64,000 bases of DNA from an uncultured Verrucomicrobiae bacterium (GCA_963815455.1 CAWFGO010000003.1:64001-128000), one strand, 5' to 3'. Positions 42,304-52,434 are shown, numbered from the stretch's first letter. Notes: generated by a model not told the origin, from the sequence alone. Program-made: numbers and translations.

Positions 42304-43935
42304 ATGTCTCGAACATCGACATCTTCGCCTGAAATCTTTCGCGCGCATTGTGCGGCGATCCTCAAGGAAGAAGCGCTCTTGCGCGAAGGCGGGGGCAAGG
42401 CCGGCCAGGAACGGCAGCGCAAATGGGGCCGGTTGCCGGTGCGCGAGCGCCTCGATCTCTTGCTCGACAAGAACTCTCCATTTTTCGAAATCGGACTTTG
42501 GGCCGCTTATAAGATGTATCAGCAGTGGGGGGATGTGCCCGCGGCCGGCGCGGTTGCCGGCATCGGCAACATTTCGGGCGTCGCGTGCATGATTATCGCA
42601 AACGATGCGACGGTAAAAGCGGGCGCGTTCTTTCCGCAAACGGCAAAAAAACTCATTCGTGCCCAGCGGATCGCCTTCGAATGCGCGCTGCCGATTGTTT
42701 ACCTGGTTGACTCAGCCGGCGTCTTCCTGCCGATGCAGGATGAGATTTTTCCCGATGAAGATGATTTCGGCCGAATCTTTCGCAACAACTCGGTCATCTC
42801 CGCTGCCGGTATCCCGCAATTTGCCGCGATCATGGGCAATTGCGTCGCGGGCGGCGCGTATCTGCCCGTTCTCTGCGACAAGATCTTGATGACCAAAGGA
42901 AGCGGTTTGTATCTGGCCGGACCATCGTTGGTGAAGGCGGCCATTGGCCAGATTGTTGATGCTGAAGAGCTCGGCGGCGCACAAATGCATGCCGAGATCA
43001 GCGGCACCGTAGACTTTTTCGAAGAGGATGATCCAGCGTGTCTCAAGCGCTTGCGCTCGCTGGTCGCGCTGCTGCCAGAAGCGCAGGAAACGAACGCAGC
43101 GAAGCCGGCGAAGGCGACGTCGAAGCCAGCCAGGAGTCCGGATGCTGTCTACGACTTAATCGGCTTCGAGGGCCAAAAGAGTTATGACGCGCGCGATCTG
43201 CTGGCGTCGATTGTCGATGCTGATTCTCTCGACGAATACAAGGCCGATTACGGCAAAACAATCGTGACTGCTTACGCGCGCATCGACGGGCGTCCGGTCG
43301 GCGTCGTCGCGAACCAGCGCCTGCAGGTGCGCACCAAAAAGGAAGGAATTCAAATGGGCGGTGTCATTTATCCCGACAGCGCCGACAAAGCGGCGCGTTT
43401 TGTGATGGACTGCAATCAAACCGGTTTACCGATCGTTTTCTTTCAGGACGTGACCGGATTCATGGTCGGACGCGACGCCGAGCAAAGCGGAATTATTCGC
43501 AACGGCGCGAAACTTGTGAACGCCGTGAGTAACTCAATCGTGCCGAAAATCACCGTTGTTGTCGGTGGCTCGTTTGGCGCCGGGAACTATGCAATGTGTG
43601 GAAAAGCCTATGATCCGCGGTTTCTTATCGCATGGCCCAGCGCTCGTTACGCCGTCATGGGTGCGGCCCAAGCGTCCGACACGGTGTTTTCGATCCTCGC
43701 CAAGGCCCGCGAGCGCGGCGACAAAAAAGCCTCCCCCGAAGAACTCGAAGAGCTTCGCGCCACCGTGAAGGAGAATTACGAAGAACAAACCGACATCCGT
43801 TACGGCGCGGCGCGCGGCTGGGTGGACGCCATCATCCAACCGCAGGAAACGCGCGATGTTTTGATCCGTTTGCTGCAATACGTTTCGCGCCCGATGCCGA
43901 AAGGTCATTTCCACACCGGCGTTATTCAAGTTTAG
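42304..43935 (+). CDS. Acyl-CoA carboxylase carboxyltransferase subunit (methylcrotonyl-CoA carboxylase beta-like)
   Basis: ANDATVKAG, LVDSAG, GNCVAGGAY, GFMVG, GAGNYAMCG. Confidence 0.92.
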   Translation: MSRTSTSSPEIFRAHCAAILKEEALLREGGGKAGQERQRKWGRLPVRERLDLLLDKNSPFFEIGLWAAYKMYQQWGDVPAAGAVAGIGNISGVACMIIANDATVKAGAFFPQTAKKLIRAQRIAFECALPIVYLVDSAGVFLPMQDEIFPDEDDFGRIFRNNSVISAAGIPQFAAIMGNCVAGGAYLPVLCDKILMTKGSGLYLAGPSLVKAAIGQIVDAEELGGAQMHAEISGTVDFFEEDDPACLKRLRSLVALLPEAQETNAAKPAKATSKPARSPDAVYDLIGFEGQKSYDARDLLASIVDADSLDEYKADYGKTIVTAYARIDGRPVGVVANQRLQVRTKKEGIQMGGVIYPDSADKAARFVMDCNQTGLPIVFFQDVTGFMVGRDAEQSGIIRNGAKLVNAVSNSIVPKITVVVGGSFGAGNYAMCGKAYDPRFLIAWPSARYAVMGAAQASDTVFSILAKARERGDKKASPEELEELRATVKENYEEQTDIRYGAARGWVDAIIQPQETRDVLIRLLQYVSRPMPKGHFHTGVIQV

Positions 43936-43958
43936 ATCGACAATCACTGTCGTCTCGT

Positions 43959-44723
43959 ATGCCTGTTGTCCTGGTAGAGAAACTAAGTCCACAGATCACG
44001 GTTGTGACGCTGAATCGTCCGGAGCGCCGCAACTCGCTCACACTGGAATTGCTGAACGAGCTTGGCGCGGCGATCAAAGTCGCGTCGGATCGGTCACAAG
44101 AACGAGTGATGATCTTGCGCGGAGCGGGCGCGGCGTTCTGCACTGGTCTGGACTTGAAGGAAGCGGCCGATCCGAAAAAAGCGCACGCCACGGCGGAGAT
44201 GGTTGCGAAAACCCTGGTCACGCTCAGCCAAACCCGTTTGGTTACCATCGCTGCTGTTCACGGCGCGGCTGTTGCCGGGGGCGCCGGTATCATGTCGGCA
44301 TGCGATTACGTAGTCGCCGCCAATGGGACGAAGATTGGCTATCCCGAGGTGCGTCGCGGCTTGGTGGCCGGTTTGGTGATGACGTTTCTCCGTCGCCAGG
44401 TGCGGGAACGGGACATTCGCGAATTGTTGCTCGGTGCTGAATTAATCGATGCCGAACGGGCGCGAGAGCTTGGCCTGGTGAATCGTGTCGTCGCACGTGA
44501 TGAACTAATGGGCGAGGCGCAAAAATTTGCCGATTCGGTATTGCAAGGCGCTCCCGAAGCAGTGACCCAGACGAAAAAACTGATCGAAGAGCTCTGGTCC
44601 AGCCCGGTGAAGAAAGATGTCGATCTTGCGTTGAAATATCACATGCAAGCGCGGGAATCGGACGAAGCGACCGAAGGCATCGCTGCCTTCAACGAAAAGC
44701 GCAAGCCGAATTGGACGGTGTAG
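43959..44723 (+). CDS. Enoyl-CoA hydratase/isomerase (methylglutaconyl-CoA hydratase-like)
   Basis: TLNRPERRN, FCTGLDL, AVHGAAVAGG, PEVRRG, EGIAAFNEKRKP. Confidence 0.9.
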   Translation: MPVVLVEKLSPQITVVTLNRPERRNSLTLELLNELGAAIKVASDRSQERVMILRGAGAAFCTGLDLKEAADPKKAHATAEMVAKTLVTLSQTRLVTIAAVHGAAVAGGAGIMSACDYVVAANGTKIGYPEVRRGLVAGLVMTFLRRQVRERDIRELLLGAELIDAERARELGLVNRVVARDELMGEAQKFADSVLQGAPEAVTQTKKLIEELWSSPVKKDVDLALKYHMQARESDEATEGIAAFNEKRKPNWTV

Positions 44724-44781
44724 GGGAAGCTGACAGCTTCCCGGGTGTGTGATCTGGGGAAGCTGTCAGCTTCCCCCTACA
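44719..44781. repeat. GTAG-type REP doublet (its TAG is the hydratase stop codon)
   Basis: TGTAGGGGAAGCTGACAGCTTCCC...GGGGAAGCTGTCAGCTTCCCCCTACA. Confidence 0.85.
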
Positions 44782-44802
44782 GAAACCGAATTAAACACAT
44801 CG

Positions 44803-45762
44803 ATGACATTTAGAGATCGTTGGCGCCCGCAGATCGGATGGCGCATTCCGGCCGCGTGGTTGACGCTCTGTGTTGTTTGGAGTTCGACCTGGCTCGCCAT
44901 CAAGGTGGGATTGCGCGATTTGCCACCGATCTCCTATGCCGGAATCCGCTTCCTGATCGCAATCGCTGTCTTGGTCGCCGTCTCGGTTGGTCGCGTCCGA
45001 TTATTCCCCTCGCGGCGCTCCGATTACGGGCCGCTTGCTGTCACAGGCATTCTCATGTTTGGCGTGAACTACGGATTGCTGTTTTGGGGCGAACTCCATG
45101 TTTCGTCCGGGCTGGCGGCGGTGCTTCAGGCGACCATCCCAATCTTCGGCATGGTGTTTGCCCATTGGATGCTTCCCGCGGAACCGATCCGGCTCCGGAA
45201 GTTCGCCGGCTCGCTTATTGCGCTCGGAGGCGTAGCCATGATTTGCGCGCGGCTTTTGAGTTTCAGCGGGGTAATGGCGTTCTGGGGCGCGCTGGGCATT
45301 GTGGCCGGGGCGGCGGGCGCGGCGTTCTCCAACGTGGTCCTCAAACGCCGTGCAATTCAGTTGGCCCCGAGCATGATCGCGGCCTGGCAAATGATTTTCG
45401 GCGCGCTGCCCTTGCTCGCGATCGGTTTTGCCTGGGAAGGAAATCCGCTTCGCTTCCACTGGAGCTCGATGTCGATCTTCTGTTTGCTTTACCTCGCCAT
45501 CATCGGTTCGGCACTTACCTTTCTCCTTCTCTACTGGCTGCTGCCTCGAATGACGGTAACAAATTTACAAACCATCGCTCTCATTACGCCGCCGGGCGCC
45601 GTCATGCTCGGTTGGTTGATCGGCGGCGAACAATTTCCGCTCTGGTCGTTGTTCGGCGCCGGTCTCGTGCTGGTCGGTGTGTGGATGATCTTTCGAAGGA
45701 CGAAAACATCCAGGCGAGCGGAGCCAGAACCCGGAACCGCCGTCGCCGTGCCGCGCGCCTAG
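44803..45762 (+). CDS. EamA/DMT family transporter
   Basis: VWSSTWLAIK, about 10 TM segments, duplicated EamA pattern. Confidence 0.92.
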   Translation: MTFRDRWRPQIGWRIPAAWLTLCVVWSSTWLAIKVGLRDLPPISYAGIRFLIAIAVLVAVSVGRVRLFPSRRSDYGPLAVTGILMFGVNYGLLFWGELHVSSGLAAVLQATIPIFGMVFAHWMLPAEPIRLRKFAGSLIALGGVAMICARLLSFSGVMAFWGALGIVAGAAGAAFSNVVLKRRAIQLAPSMIAAWQMIFGALPLLAIGFAWEGNPLRFHWSSMSIFCLLYLAIIGSALTFLLLYWLLPRMTVTNLQTIALITPPGAVMLGWLIGGEQFPLWSLFGAGLVLVGVWMIFRRTKTSRRAEPEPGTAVAVPRA

Positions 45763-48700
45763 GATTTTGACGCGACCGCGCGTTTTTCGGCAGTCGGAAT
45801 TGTAAAGCTCTCGATTTCTTTGCGGATCTCGTTGGCGAAACTGGCCGCGCCGGCGCCGTTGACCACGCGATGATCGAACGTGAGTGAAAGAGTGATCACC
45901 TCGGCCGTTTCGTTCTTCTTCCCGTTTGGGATCAATTCGCGGTGCGCGGTACCCACGAACAATGTGCCTACCGACGGCGGCACCACGATCGGCGCGCCCG
46001 CCTTTACGCCGAACGCGCCAAGGCTGGTGATCACGACCGGCGCATTCATTGCCGCAACGTTTCCCGCGCGGGTGGCCTCAATCGTTTCATTGTAGATCTT
46101 CATGAACTCTGGCCAGCTTTTTTGGTTCGCATCGACAATCACCGCCGTGGCCAATCGATCGCCTTCGAGCGCGACCGCAATGCCGAGATCGAAGTTTTCA
46201 TTTTCGACAATGCGATCGTCCTCAAGAATCAAGCGCCGGAACGGCGCGTGTTTTTCCATCGCCCGCAAAACCGACCAGGCAATCATAACGCTCGGGGACG
46301 CCGCATTTTTTCCATTTTTCTTTTTCGCCGATTCGCGCGCCCTACGAATGGCATCCCAGCGCGCGTCGATCTGCAGATTGGCCGGAATCACGCGGCTGAG
46401 TTTCCGCGTGATCGTGGGCGAAAGCGCCGGCTCGGTGTAGTGGCGCGTGTCCTCACGCGCAGGCTCCGCTGCCTTGCGGCTGGGCACAGCCGCCCCTACA
46501 ACATCCGAGGAAGTTTCCCCAGTCAAAATCGTCCCCAGCTCTTGGCCGATCTCGACGGTGTCGCCCACCTTCGTTTTCCACTCTCCCATCACGCCAGCGA
46601 ACGAGGACTGAATTGGATAAACCGCCTTGTCCGTCTCGACTTCGCATAAATCATCATCCAACGCGACCGGATCGCCCGGCTTCTTCGAGAGCGAAACGAT
46701 TTTCGCGCTGCGAATTCCTTCGCCCATGATTGGCACGGTGATCGGTTGTGTGCCGGCTGTAGCCGAGGGCGTTGACCTCGGCTGAGAAAGCGCTGCTTCA
46801 CGGATCGGTCCGCCGGGGTCAACGACCGCGGCTACAATTGTGCGCTCACTTTTTGTCGCAACCGAACGCCGGATTGCCGCGACGATGCGCTCCACATCCG
46901 GCAGCGCCGCGTATTCATAAATCGGATTGTATCCGATCATGACATTTCCCTTACTCACTAAAATCGGCGGACTGACCATCGTGTTCCAGAGCTCGGGATT
47001 ACTGGCGAGATGAGAAATAATCATTTGCCCGACGCTGCATTGTTCGGTGTCTTCTTGAACAACAACGAGCCGGCCAGTCTTTCGAACAGATTCTTCGATT
47101 GTCGCATGGTCCCATGGGATGATTGAGCGCAAGTCGATTAACTCGACGCTCGCTTCATTGTCGATCTTCGCCACCGCTTCGAGCGATTTTTCGACCGTGT
47201 TTCCCCAGGCGACCAGCGTTACATCGGTGCCTTCACTGAATTTCCGGGCCTGGCCGAAAGGCACGGCGCGGATTGCTTCTGCAGAGTCGCGTTCCGCCCA
47301 AAGCATGTGTTTTGGAATGAGAAAAATAACCGGATCCTCGCTGTGCATCGCCGTCCAAAGCAATCCAGCGGCGTCCTCCGGCGTGCTCGGAATCACGACG
47401 GAAAGTCCCGGGTAATGAGCCAGCGCCGATTCGTTAGCCTGGCTGTGCCACAAACTGCCGCCGGGCAAATACGCCCCGTAGGGCGCGTAAATCACCGCCG
47501 GACACGTCCAGTTACCAAACGACCGCCAGCGCAAGATCGAAATGTTGGTTACCAGCTGATTAAACCCCGGGTAGATGAAGTCGATAAATTGCACTTCGAA
47601 CACCGGCCGCTTGCCGTAGGAGGCTAGACCACAGGCCACTCCCAGGATGGTCGATTCCGCCAGCGGCGAATTGAAAACCTGCCTGGGAAATTCGGTCGAA
47701 AGTTTTTGGGTGAGGCGAAACACACCGCCCTTCGGATCTTCAACATCTTCGCCACAAATGATGCGGCGCGGATCTTCTTCGAGTCCCGCTCGCAACGTCT
47801 TGTTCACGGTGTCGCCCATCCGATATTTTCCCGCCGGCAGGATTTCCGTTGTAGCCGCGGGCGTCGACCGCGGCATAGTGACTTCATCAAAAAGCTCCTT
47901 AGCCGAAGGATCCTCTGCTTTTTCCGCCTCGCGGTATTCTTGGCGAACGCGCTCCTTTATTTCGTTGTCGATCCTGGCGAATTCCTCCGCGGTAATCGCG
48001 TTTTCCGCGATGAGGTGATCTCTCCAGCACGTTAGCGGATCGAATTTTTCGAGCGCGGCGATTTCCTCGGCACTACGATAAAGCTTGTGATCATCCGTGC
48101 TGGTGTGACTGGAAAGCCGCTCCATTTTGATCCAGAAAAAGAACGGCCCGCTTCCGGCTCGAATCTTTTCGAACGCTTCCGCCGTCGCGTCATGGACCTC
48201 CTGGACATCGTTGCCATTGACCCGCCGCCAATTACTGGTCGCAAGAATATCGAGCGCGAGCGGATTGTTCTCACGGGTCGGCATGCTGATGCCGTAGGCG
48301 TTATCTTCAACCAGAAAAAGCATTGGAAGTTTTTTCTCTTTGGCAAAACAGATCGCCTCGAAAAAATCGCCCTGACGCGTCGCCGCGTCGCCGATCGTGG
48401 TCACGACCAGATTTTGTTTGCCATCCAGTTGAATTCCCCAGGCGATGCCGCAAGCGGGAAGAAGCTGCGAGCCGGTCGGCGTCGGCACGCTCCAGATGTT
48501 CAATTTTCGGTGACTATAATGCGACGGCATCTGCCGGCCGCCGCTTCCCGTGTCGCGCTTGGCAAAATATTCCAGTCCCAGTTCGCGCGTCGTCATCCCG
48601 CGACCGAGGACAAGACCGCGATCGCGATAATAGGAAACGATGTAATCATCCGGCTCCATCTGCATCGACACCGCCGCCAGGGCTTCGTGGCCCATACCCG

Positions 48701-48818
48701 ACACATGGAAATGTCCTTTCCCCTGACGATTCAGATTTTGCTCGCGCAGATCGGCATGGCGGCTCTCCAGAATCGTTCGGAGAAGGCGAAGCTTGGTTTC
48801 CTGGTTTAGCGAAGCCAT
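45759..48818 (-). CDS. Single-chain 2-oxoacid dehydrogenase: E1alpha - E1beta - lipoyl - E2 catalytic-like domain
   Basis: GDAATRQG..EDN (TPP binding), RLSSHT; GEDV, PLAES, EVQFIDF, WHSQ; EVETDKA (lipoyl Lys); LSLTFDHRVVNG. One uninterrupted 1019-aa ORF. Confidence 0.92.
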   Translation of the reverse strand: MASLNQETKLRLLRTILESRHADLREQNLNRQGKGHFHVSGMGHEALAAVSMQMEPDDYIVSYYRDRGLVLGRGMTTRELGLEYFAKRDTGSGGRQMPSHYSHRKLNIWSVPTPTGSQLLPACGIAWGIQLDGKQNLVVTTIGDAATRQGDFFEAICFAKEKKLPMLFLVEDNAYGISMPTRENNPLALDILATSNWRRVNGNDVQEVHDATAEAFEKIRAGSGPFFFWIKMERLSSHTSTDDHKLYRSAEEIAALEKFDPLTCWRDHLIAENAITAEEFARIDNEIKERVRQEYREAEKAEDPSAKELFDEVTMPRSTPAATTEILPAGKYRMGDTVNKTLRAGLEEDPRRIICGEDVEDPKGGVFRLTQKLSTEFPRQVFNSPLAESTILGVACGLASYGKRPVFEVQFIDFIYPGFNQLVTNISILRWRSFGNWTCPAVIYAPYGAYLPGGSLWHSQANESALAHYPGLSVVIPSTPEDAAGLLWTAMHSEDPVIFLIPKHMLWAERDSAEAIRAVPFGQARKFSEGTDVTLVAWGNTVEKSLEAVAKIDNEASVELIDLRSIIPWDHATIEESVRKTGRLVVVQEDTEQCSVGQMIISHLASNPELWNTMVSPPILVSKGNVMIGYNPIYEYAALPDVERIVAAIRRSVATKSERTIVAAVVDPGGPIREAALSQPRSTPSATAGTQPITVPIMGEGIRSAKIVSLSKKPGDPVALDDDLCEVETDKAVYPIQSSFAGVMGEWKTKVGDTVEIGQELGTILTGETSSDVVGAAVPSRKAAEPAREDTRHYTEPALSPTITRKLSRVIPANLQIDARWDAIRRARESAKKKNGKNAASPSVMIAWSVLRAMEKHAPFRRLILEDDRIVENENFDLGIAVALEGDRLATAVIVDANQKSWPEFMKIYNETIEATRAGNVAAMNAPVVITSLGAFGVKAGAPIVVPPSVGTLFVGTAHRELIPNGKKNETAEVITLSLTFDHRVVNGAGAASFANEIRKEIESFTIPTAEKRAVASKS

Positions 48819-48988
48819 ACGATGTCGATCTTATGAATAGGTCCGGCGCTGCCGGATTGCTAAAGGAAAAAGATTCGGGCACGCTTTGCAAAGCCTTTTC
48901 CGCATGATGACGATCTTAGAGCTGAGCCGGGGAGACAGGGAATATTCTGCGTGCGACCGGATTTTAGTTTAGAATCGCGCCGATCAAT

Positions 48989-50239
48989 ATGCGGCTGGTT
49001 GTTCAAAAATATGGCGGGACCTCGGTGGGGGATGCGGAACGGATTCGCAATGTCGCGCGGCGTTTGATTGAGACCCAGCGGGAGGGTTGCCGGGTGGTGG
49101 CGATTGTTTCGGCAATGGCCGGTGTGACAGATGAGCTGATCAAACTCTCGCAGGAGATGTCGATGGAGCCGGCCGAGCGCGAGCTCGACGTTTTGCTGGC
49201 CACCGGCGAGCGGGCATCGAGCGCGCTGACTGCCATGGCGGTGAATGCGCTCGGTGGCCGGGCCGTTTCGCTCTCCGGCGCGGACGCGGGCATCCTTACC
49301 GATGGAATGCATACGAAGGCGAGGATTGCCAACATCAGCCCGAAGCAGATCCTGCAACTGCTCGAAGACGATTACATCGTGATTGTGGCCGGTTTCCAGG
49401 GACAGACTGTCGAAGGTGAAACGACGACGCTCGGGCGTGGCGGTTCGGACCTAACCGCAATCGCGCTGGCCAGCGCTTTGAACGCCGATGCCTGCCAGAT
49501 TTTCACCGATGTCGATGGTGTTTTCACCTGCGATCCGCGGATCGTGACCGAGGCAAAGAAGGTAGATGAGATCGCTTATGACGAGCTGCTCGAAATGGCC
49601 GGCAGCGGGGCGAAAGTGATGCAATCGCGCGCGGTAGAGTTCGCGAAAAAATTCGGCGTCGAATTCGAAGTACGATCGAGTTTCAAAGCGGGTGGGGGAA
49701 CCATCGCAAGAGAAGAAACCCCAAGCATGGAGGACGTCGTGATTCGCGGGATCAGCCTGGCCCGGAACCAGGCGAAACTGACGATCGCATCGATCCCGGA
49801 CAAACCGGGCATCGCCGGGCGGATTTTTTCCGATGTCGCCGCGGCGCATATCGTGGTGGACATGATCGTCCAAAACGCATCGATCAGCGGCACAACCGAT
49901 ATTTCATTCACAATTCACGAAGACGATCTGGAAGACGCTCGCAAGATCTTGATGCCAATCGTAAGTGAAATCGGCGGGACCCGATTGAACACCGCCAGCG
50001 CGGCCGCCAAGCTGAGCGTCGTGGGCATCGGAATGCGGTCGCACTCGGGCGTGGCGGCGCGAATGTTCGAATGCCTGGGCAAAGGCGGGATCAACATTCA
50101 GCTGGTCTCAACATCCGAGATCAAAATCGCGGTCATCATCGACGAGAAAGACGCCGAACGCGCCGCTCAGCTAATTCACGCCGAGTTTGGTCTGGCGAAA
50201 CTGATGCCCGCCGCGAGGGCGACGCAGCCGTTGGGTTGA
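48989..50239 (+). CDS. lysC: Aspartate kinase
   Basis: VQKYGGTSV, TTLGRGGSDLTA, TDVDGV, two ACT domains (STSEIKI). Confidence 0.96.
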   Translation: MRLVVQKYGGTSVGDAERIRNVARRLIETQREGCRVVAIVSAMAGVTDELIKLSQEMSMEPAERELDVLLATGERASSALTAMAVNALGGRAVSLSGADAGILTDGMHTKARIANISPKQILQLLEDDYIVIVAGFQGQTVEGETTTLGRGGSDLTAIALASALNADACQIFTDVDGVFTCDPRIVTEAKKVDEIAYDELLEMAGSGAKVMQSRAVEFAKKFGVEFEVRSSFKAGGGTIAREETPSMEDVVIRGISLARNQAKLTIASIPDKPGIAGRIFSDVAAAHIVVDMIVQNASISGTTDISFTIHEDDLEDARKILMPIVSEIGGTRLNTASAAAKLSVVGIGMRSHSGVAARMFECLGKGGINIQLVSTSEIKIAVIIDEKDAERAAQLIHAEFGLAKLMPAARATQPLG

Positions 50240-50254
50240 AAAGGCGCGGTCGCC

Positions 50255-50881
50255 CTACTTCTCGCGCACAGGATCGACAAAGAAATCCGGCATTCCCTCG
50301 ATACGCATCTTGTAACCGAACTGCGTATGAAAAACCGCCGCAGCCGGACGATCCTTCACGCGTGGCGTGAAGCGATCCTCTTTGTTGGCCTGTTTCCATT
50401 TCGTGCCGTCTTCGAGCCGAACAACCGTGCGGCCTGTCAGCGGGATCATCGTGCCATCTACCCGGCTAACGAGCGCATAATCTTTGTCCTGAAGGAATGC
50501 TTTCTTGGCAACTTCGGATTCGACCTTGGCTGATTCTACTTTCGCTTTCTCGGTGGCTTCTTCGGCCGCCTTTTTTTCCGCGGCCTGGCGCTTATTGCGC
50601 AACCACTCATCAAGATATTCGAGTTCCGCCGGAGACAACTTTTCTAACCCAGCTGCCGCTTTCTCCTCGTCGGTCATCTCCAGAATGCCCTTGGCCGGTT
50701 TGGTAGCGGCCGGTTTTTCCTTTGGGGACTCGCTGGGAGTTTCTGCCGGGGACGCGTCTTCCGCTTCCTTTACCGGCTTTTCACCAAGCGAATCCTGTCC
50801 GACGACCAAGCTGAGATTGAACCAAAAAGCGATGACCGAAACGGCAACCCACATTCGTTTGGAGATCAGCACGATTTTCAT
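50255..50881 (-). CDS. Hypothetical exported protein
   Basis: Signal peptide, low-complexity linker, AAGLEKLSPAELEYLDEW, C-terminal beta domain (LEDGTKWKQ). Confidence 0.75.
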   Translation of the reverse strand: MKIVLISKRMWVAVSVIAFWFNLSLVVGQDSLGEKPVKEAEDASPAETPSESPKEKPAATKPAKGILEMTDEEKAAAGLEKLSPAELEYLDEWLRNKRQAAEKKAAEEATEKAKVESAKVESEVAKKAFLQDKDYALVSRVDGTMIPLTGRTVVRLEDGTKWKQANKEDRFTPRVKDRPAAAVFHTQFGYKMRIEGMPDFFVDPVREK

Positions 50882-50916
50882 TGTAGCAGGCGACGCTAGC
50901 AGCAGGCGCACAAGCG

Positions 50917-51414
50917 TCAACAATCCGAAAGGCTTTTTCGCATTCGAACATGGCGGATTTGGCCGAAGAGAGTCTCGGCTGGTCCCTCAACCTGATAGCC
51001 ATGTGTTAGATAAAAATTAATGGCCTCTTCACGCGAATTCAGCACGATGCTCTTGAGTGATTGGGCCTTGGCCTGATGCTCGAGCCCTTCCAGAATTCGC
51101 CCGCCCAGACCGCACCCGCGCCACGATTCGGCAACCGCCATGTAACGAACCTGACCTTCCTCGGATGAGTTGAGATGCAGCCGGCCAACCGCAACTACGG
51201 CGTCTGACTGATCACGCAGCATTAGATGGAAACTTTGTCGATCCAAGTCATCGCGTTCGCTGCCGCGCGGCTGGTTCCATGGCTTTCTCAAAACCCGCCA
51301 GCGCAGATCGTAATACCGTTCCCAATCCAAATCGGTGACGGGTGGCGTGAGTGTAAGATTACCAGGCAATTTCGCAGGTCGGTTTCTGCCAGCGCGGTTC
51401 AGGTCATCAGTCAC
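50917..51414 (-). CDS. GNAT family N-acetyltransferase
   Basis: LRWRVLRKPW, QVRYMAV..WRGCGLG, AINFY..GY. Confidence 0.9.
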   Translation of the reverse strand: MTDDLNRAGRNRPAKLPGNLTLTPPVTDLDWERYYDLRWRVLRKPWNQPRGSERDDLDRQSFHLMLRDQSDAVVAVGRLHLNSSEEGQVRYMAVAESWRGCGLGGRILEGLEHQAKAQSLKSIVLNSREEAINFYLTHGYQVEGPAETLFGQIRHVRMRKSLSDC

Positions 51415-52376
51415 GCGATTAATTCACAAAACTTCGCCATGTCGATGTTGCCTCCGGAAATGATCGCCACGATTGGGCCGCGACCGGCTTTGCCGGTCAG
51501 CGCCGCGGCAGCTGACAACGCCCCCGCGCCTTCGGAAATAATCCGCGCCTGTTCAGCAACCAGTTTCATTGCGCGCTTCGTTTCATCGAGGCTGACGACC
51601 ATATAATCGTCCACGACCGGTTTCATCCGTTCCCACATGCGCGGGAACATGCTCCGCCCGCCGGCACCATCGACAAACGAGTATTTCCAATCTTCAAAAA
51701 CTTGCGGCGATCCCATTTTGAACGAGAGCGCGGCCGGCGCGGCCGTTTCCGGTTCGACTCCCCAAACCTTGATCTCGGGTCTCATCGCTTTAATCGCGCT
51801 GCCTACTCCGGCGATGAGCCCGCCGCCGCCGATGCTTGCGATCACTGCCACCGTGTCAGGCGCGTCTTCAAGAATTTCCAGCCCCATGGTCGCGTGACCG
51901 GTGATGAAATTCTGATCGTCGAAAGGATGAATGAAAGTGCCGTCGGCTCCGGGAAAGGCGCGATCTTCCAGCGCTTGCCAAGCGACATCATGGGGCACCG
52001 GGAAGAGCGTTGCGCCGAGCGCCTTCATTCTGTCGATCTTCGATTGAGGCGCGGTCTCGATCACGACCACGCTGCACGACACGCCGGCCTGCCGGGCGGC
52101 ATAAGCCACGCCTTGTCCGGCGTTACCGGCACTAATTGTCCAGACCCCGCGCTTGCGCTCGGCCTCGGGCAACATCGCCACCGCGTTGGCCGCGCCGCGC
52201 AGCTTATAGGAATTAATTGGTTGCAGATTCTCCAGTTTGAGCCGGATATCCGGATGATCCGGGCCCAATTCGATCCGAATCAATGGCGTGCGTACAATCG
52301 TTTTCTCGATCCGTTTGCGGGCCTCGCGTATTTCGGAAAGCTCAACAGGCCGGATCGGTTCGAGAGTGGCAGACAT
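51411..52376 (-). CDS. PLP-dependent threonine/serine dehydratase family enzyme
   Basis: LKLENLQPINSYKLRGA, SAGNAGQG, IGGGGL, SGGNID. Confidence 0.92.
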   Translation of the reverse strand: MSATLEPIRPVELSEIREARKRIEKTIVRTPLIRIELGPDHPDIRLKLENLQPINSYKLRGAANAVAMLPEAERKRGVWTISAGNAGQGVAYAARQAGVSCSVVVIETAPQSKIDRMKALGATLFPVPHDVAWQALEDRAFPGADGTFIHPFDDQNFITGHATMGLEILEDAPDTVAVIASIGGGGLIAGVGSAIKAMRPEIKVWGVEPETAAPAALSFKMGSPQVFEDWKYSFVDGAGGRSMFPRMWERMKPVVDDYMVVSLDETKRAMKLVAEQARIISEGAGALSAAAALTGKAGRGPIVAIISGGNIDMAKFCELIA

Positions 52377-52388
52377 TTAGGGCATTAC

Positions 52389-52412
52389 TGTAGAGGCGGC
52401 TGTCTCAGCCGC
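52389..52412. repeat. GTAG-type REP hairpin (intergenic relative of the right half of 46436-46500)
   Basis: TGTAGAGGCGGCTGTCTCAGCCGC. Confidence 0.7.
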
Positions 52413-52434
52413 AATTCTCGAACGGAAAAGAATT

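Noticed and set aside
43632..43958. N-terminal extension of the enoyl-CoA hydratase
   Set aside because: It overlaps the carboxyltransferase in another frame; the ATG at 43959 fits the family start.
44820..45770. Long alternative-frame and antisense ORFs (e.g. 44820..45770, 19250..19978, 22447..23256)
   Set aside because: These are shadow ORFs typical of GC-rich coding DNA, with no protein motifs.
48819..48988. Lysine riboswitch or sigma-54 promoter upstream of lysC
   Set aside because: No L-box features seen; GGGCACGCTTTGC has the wrong GG-to-GC spacing.
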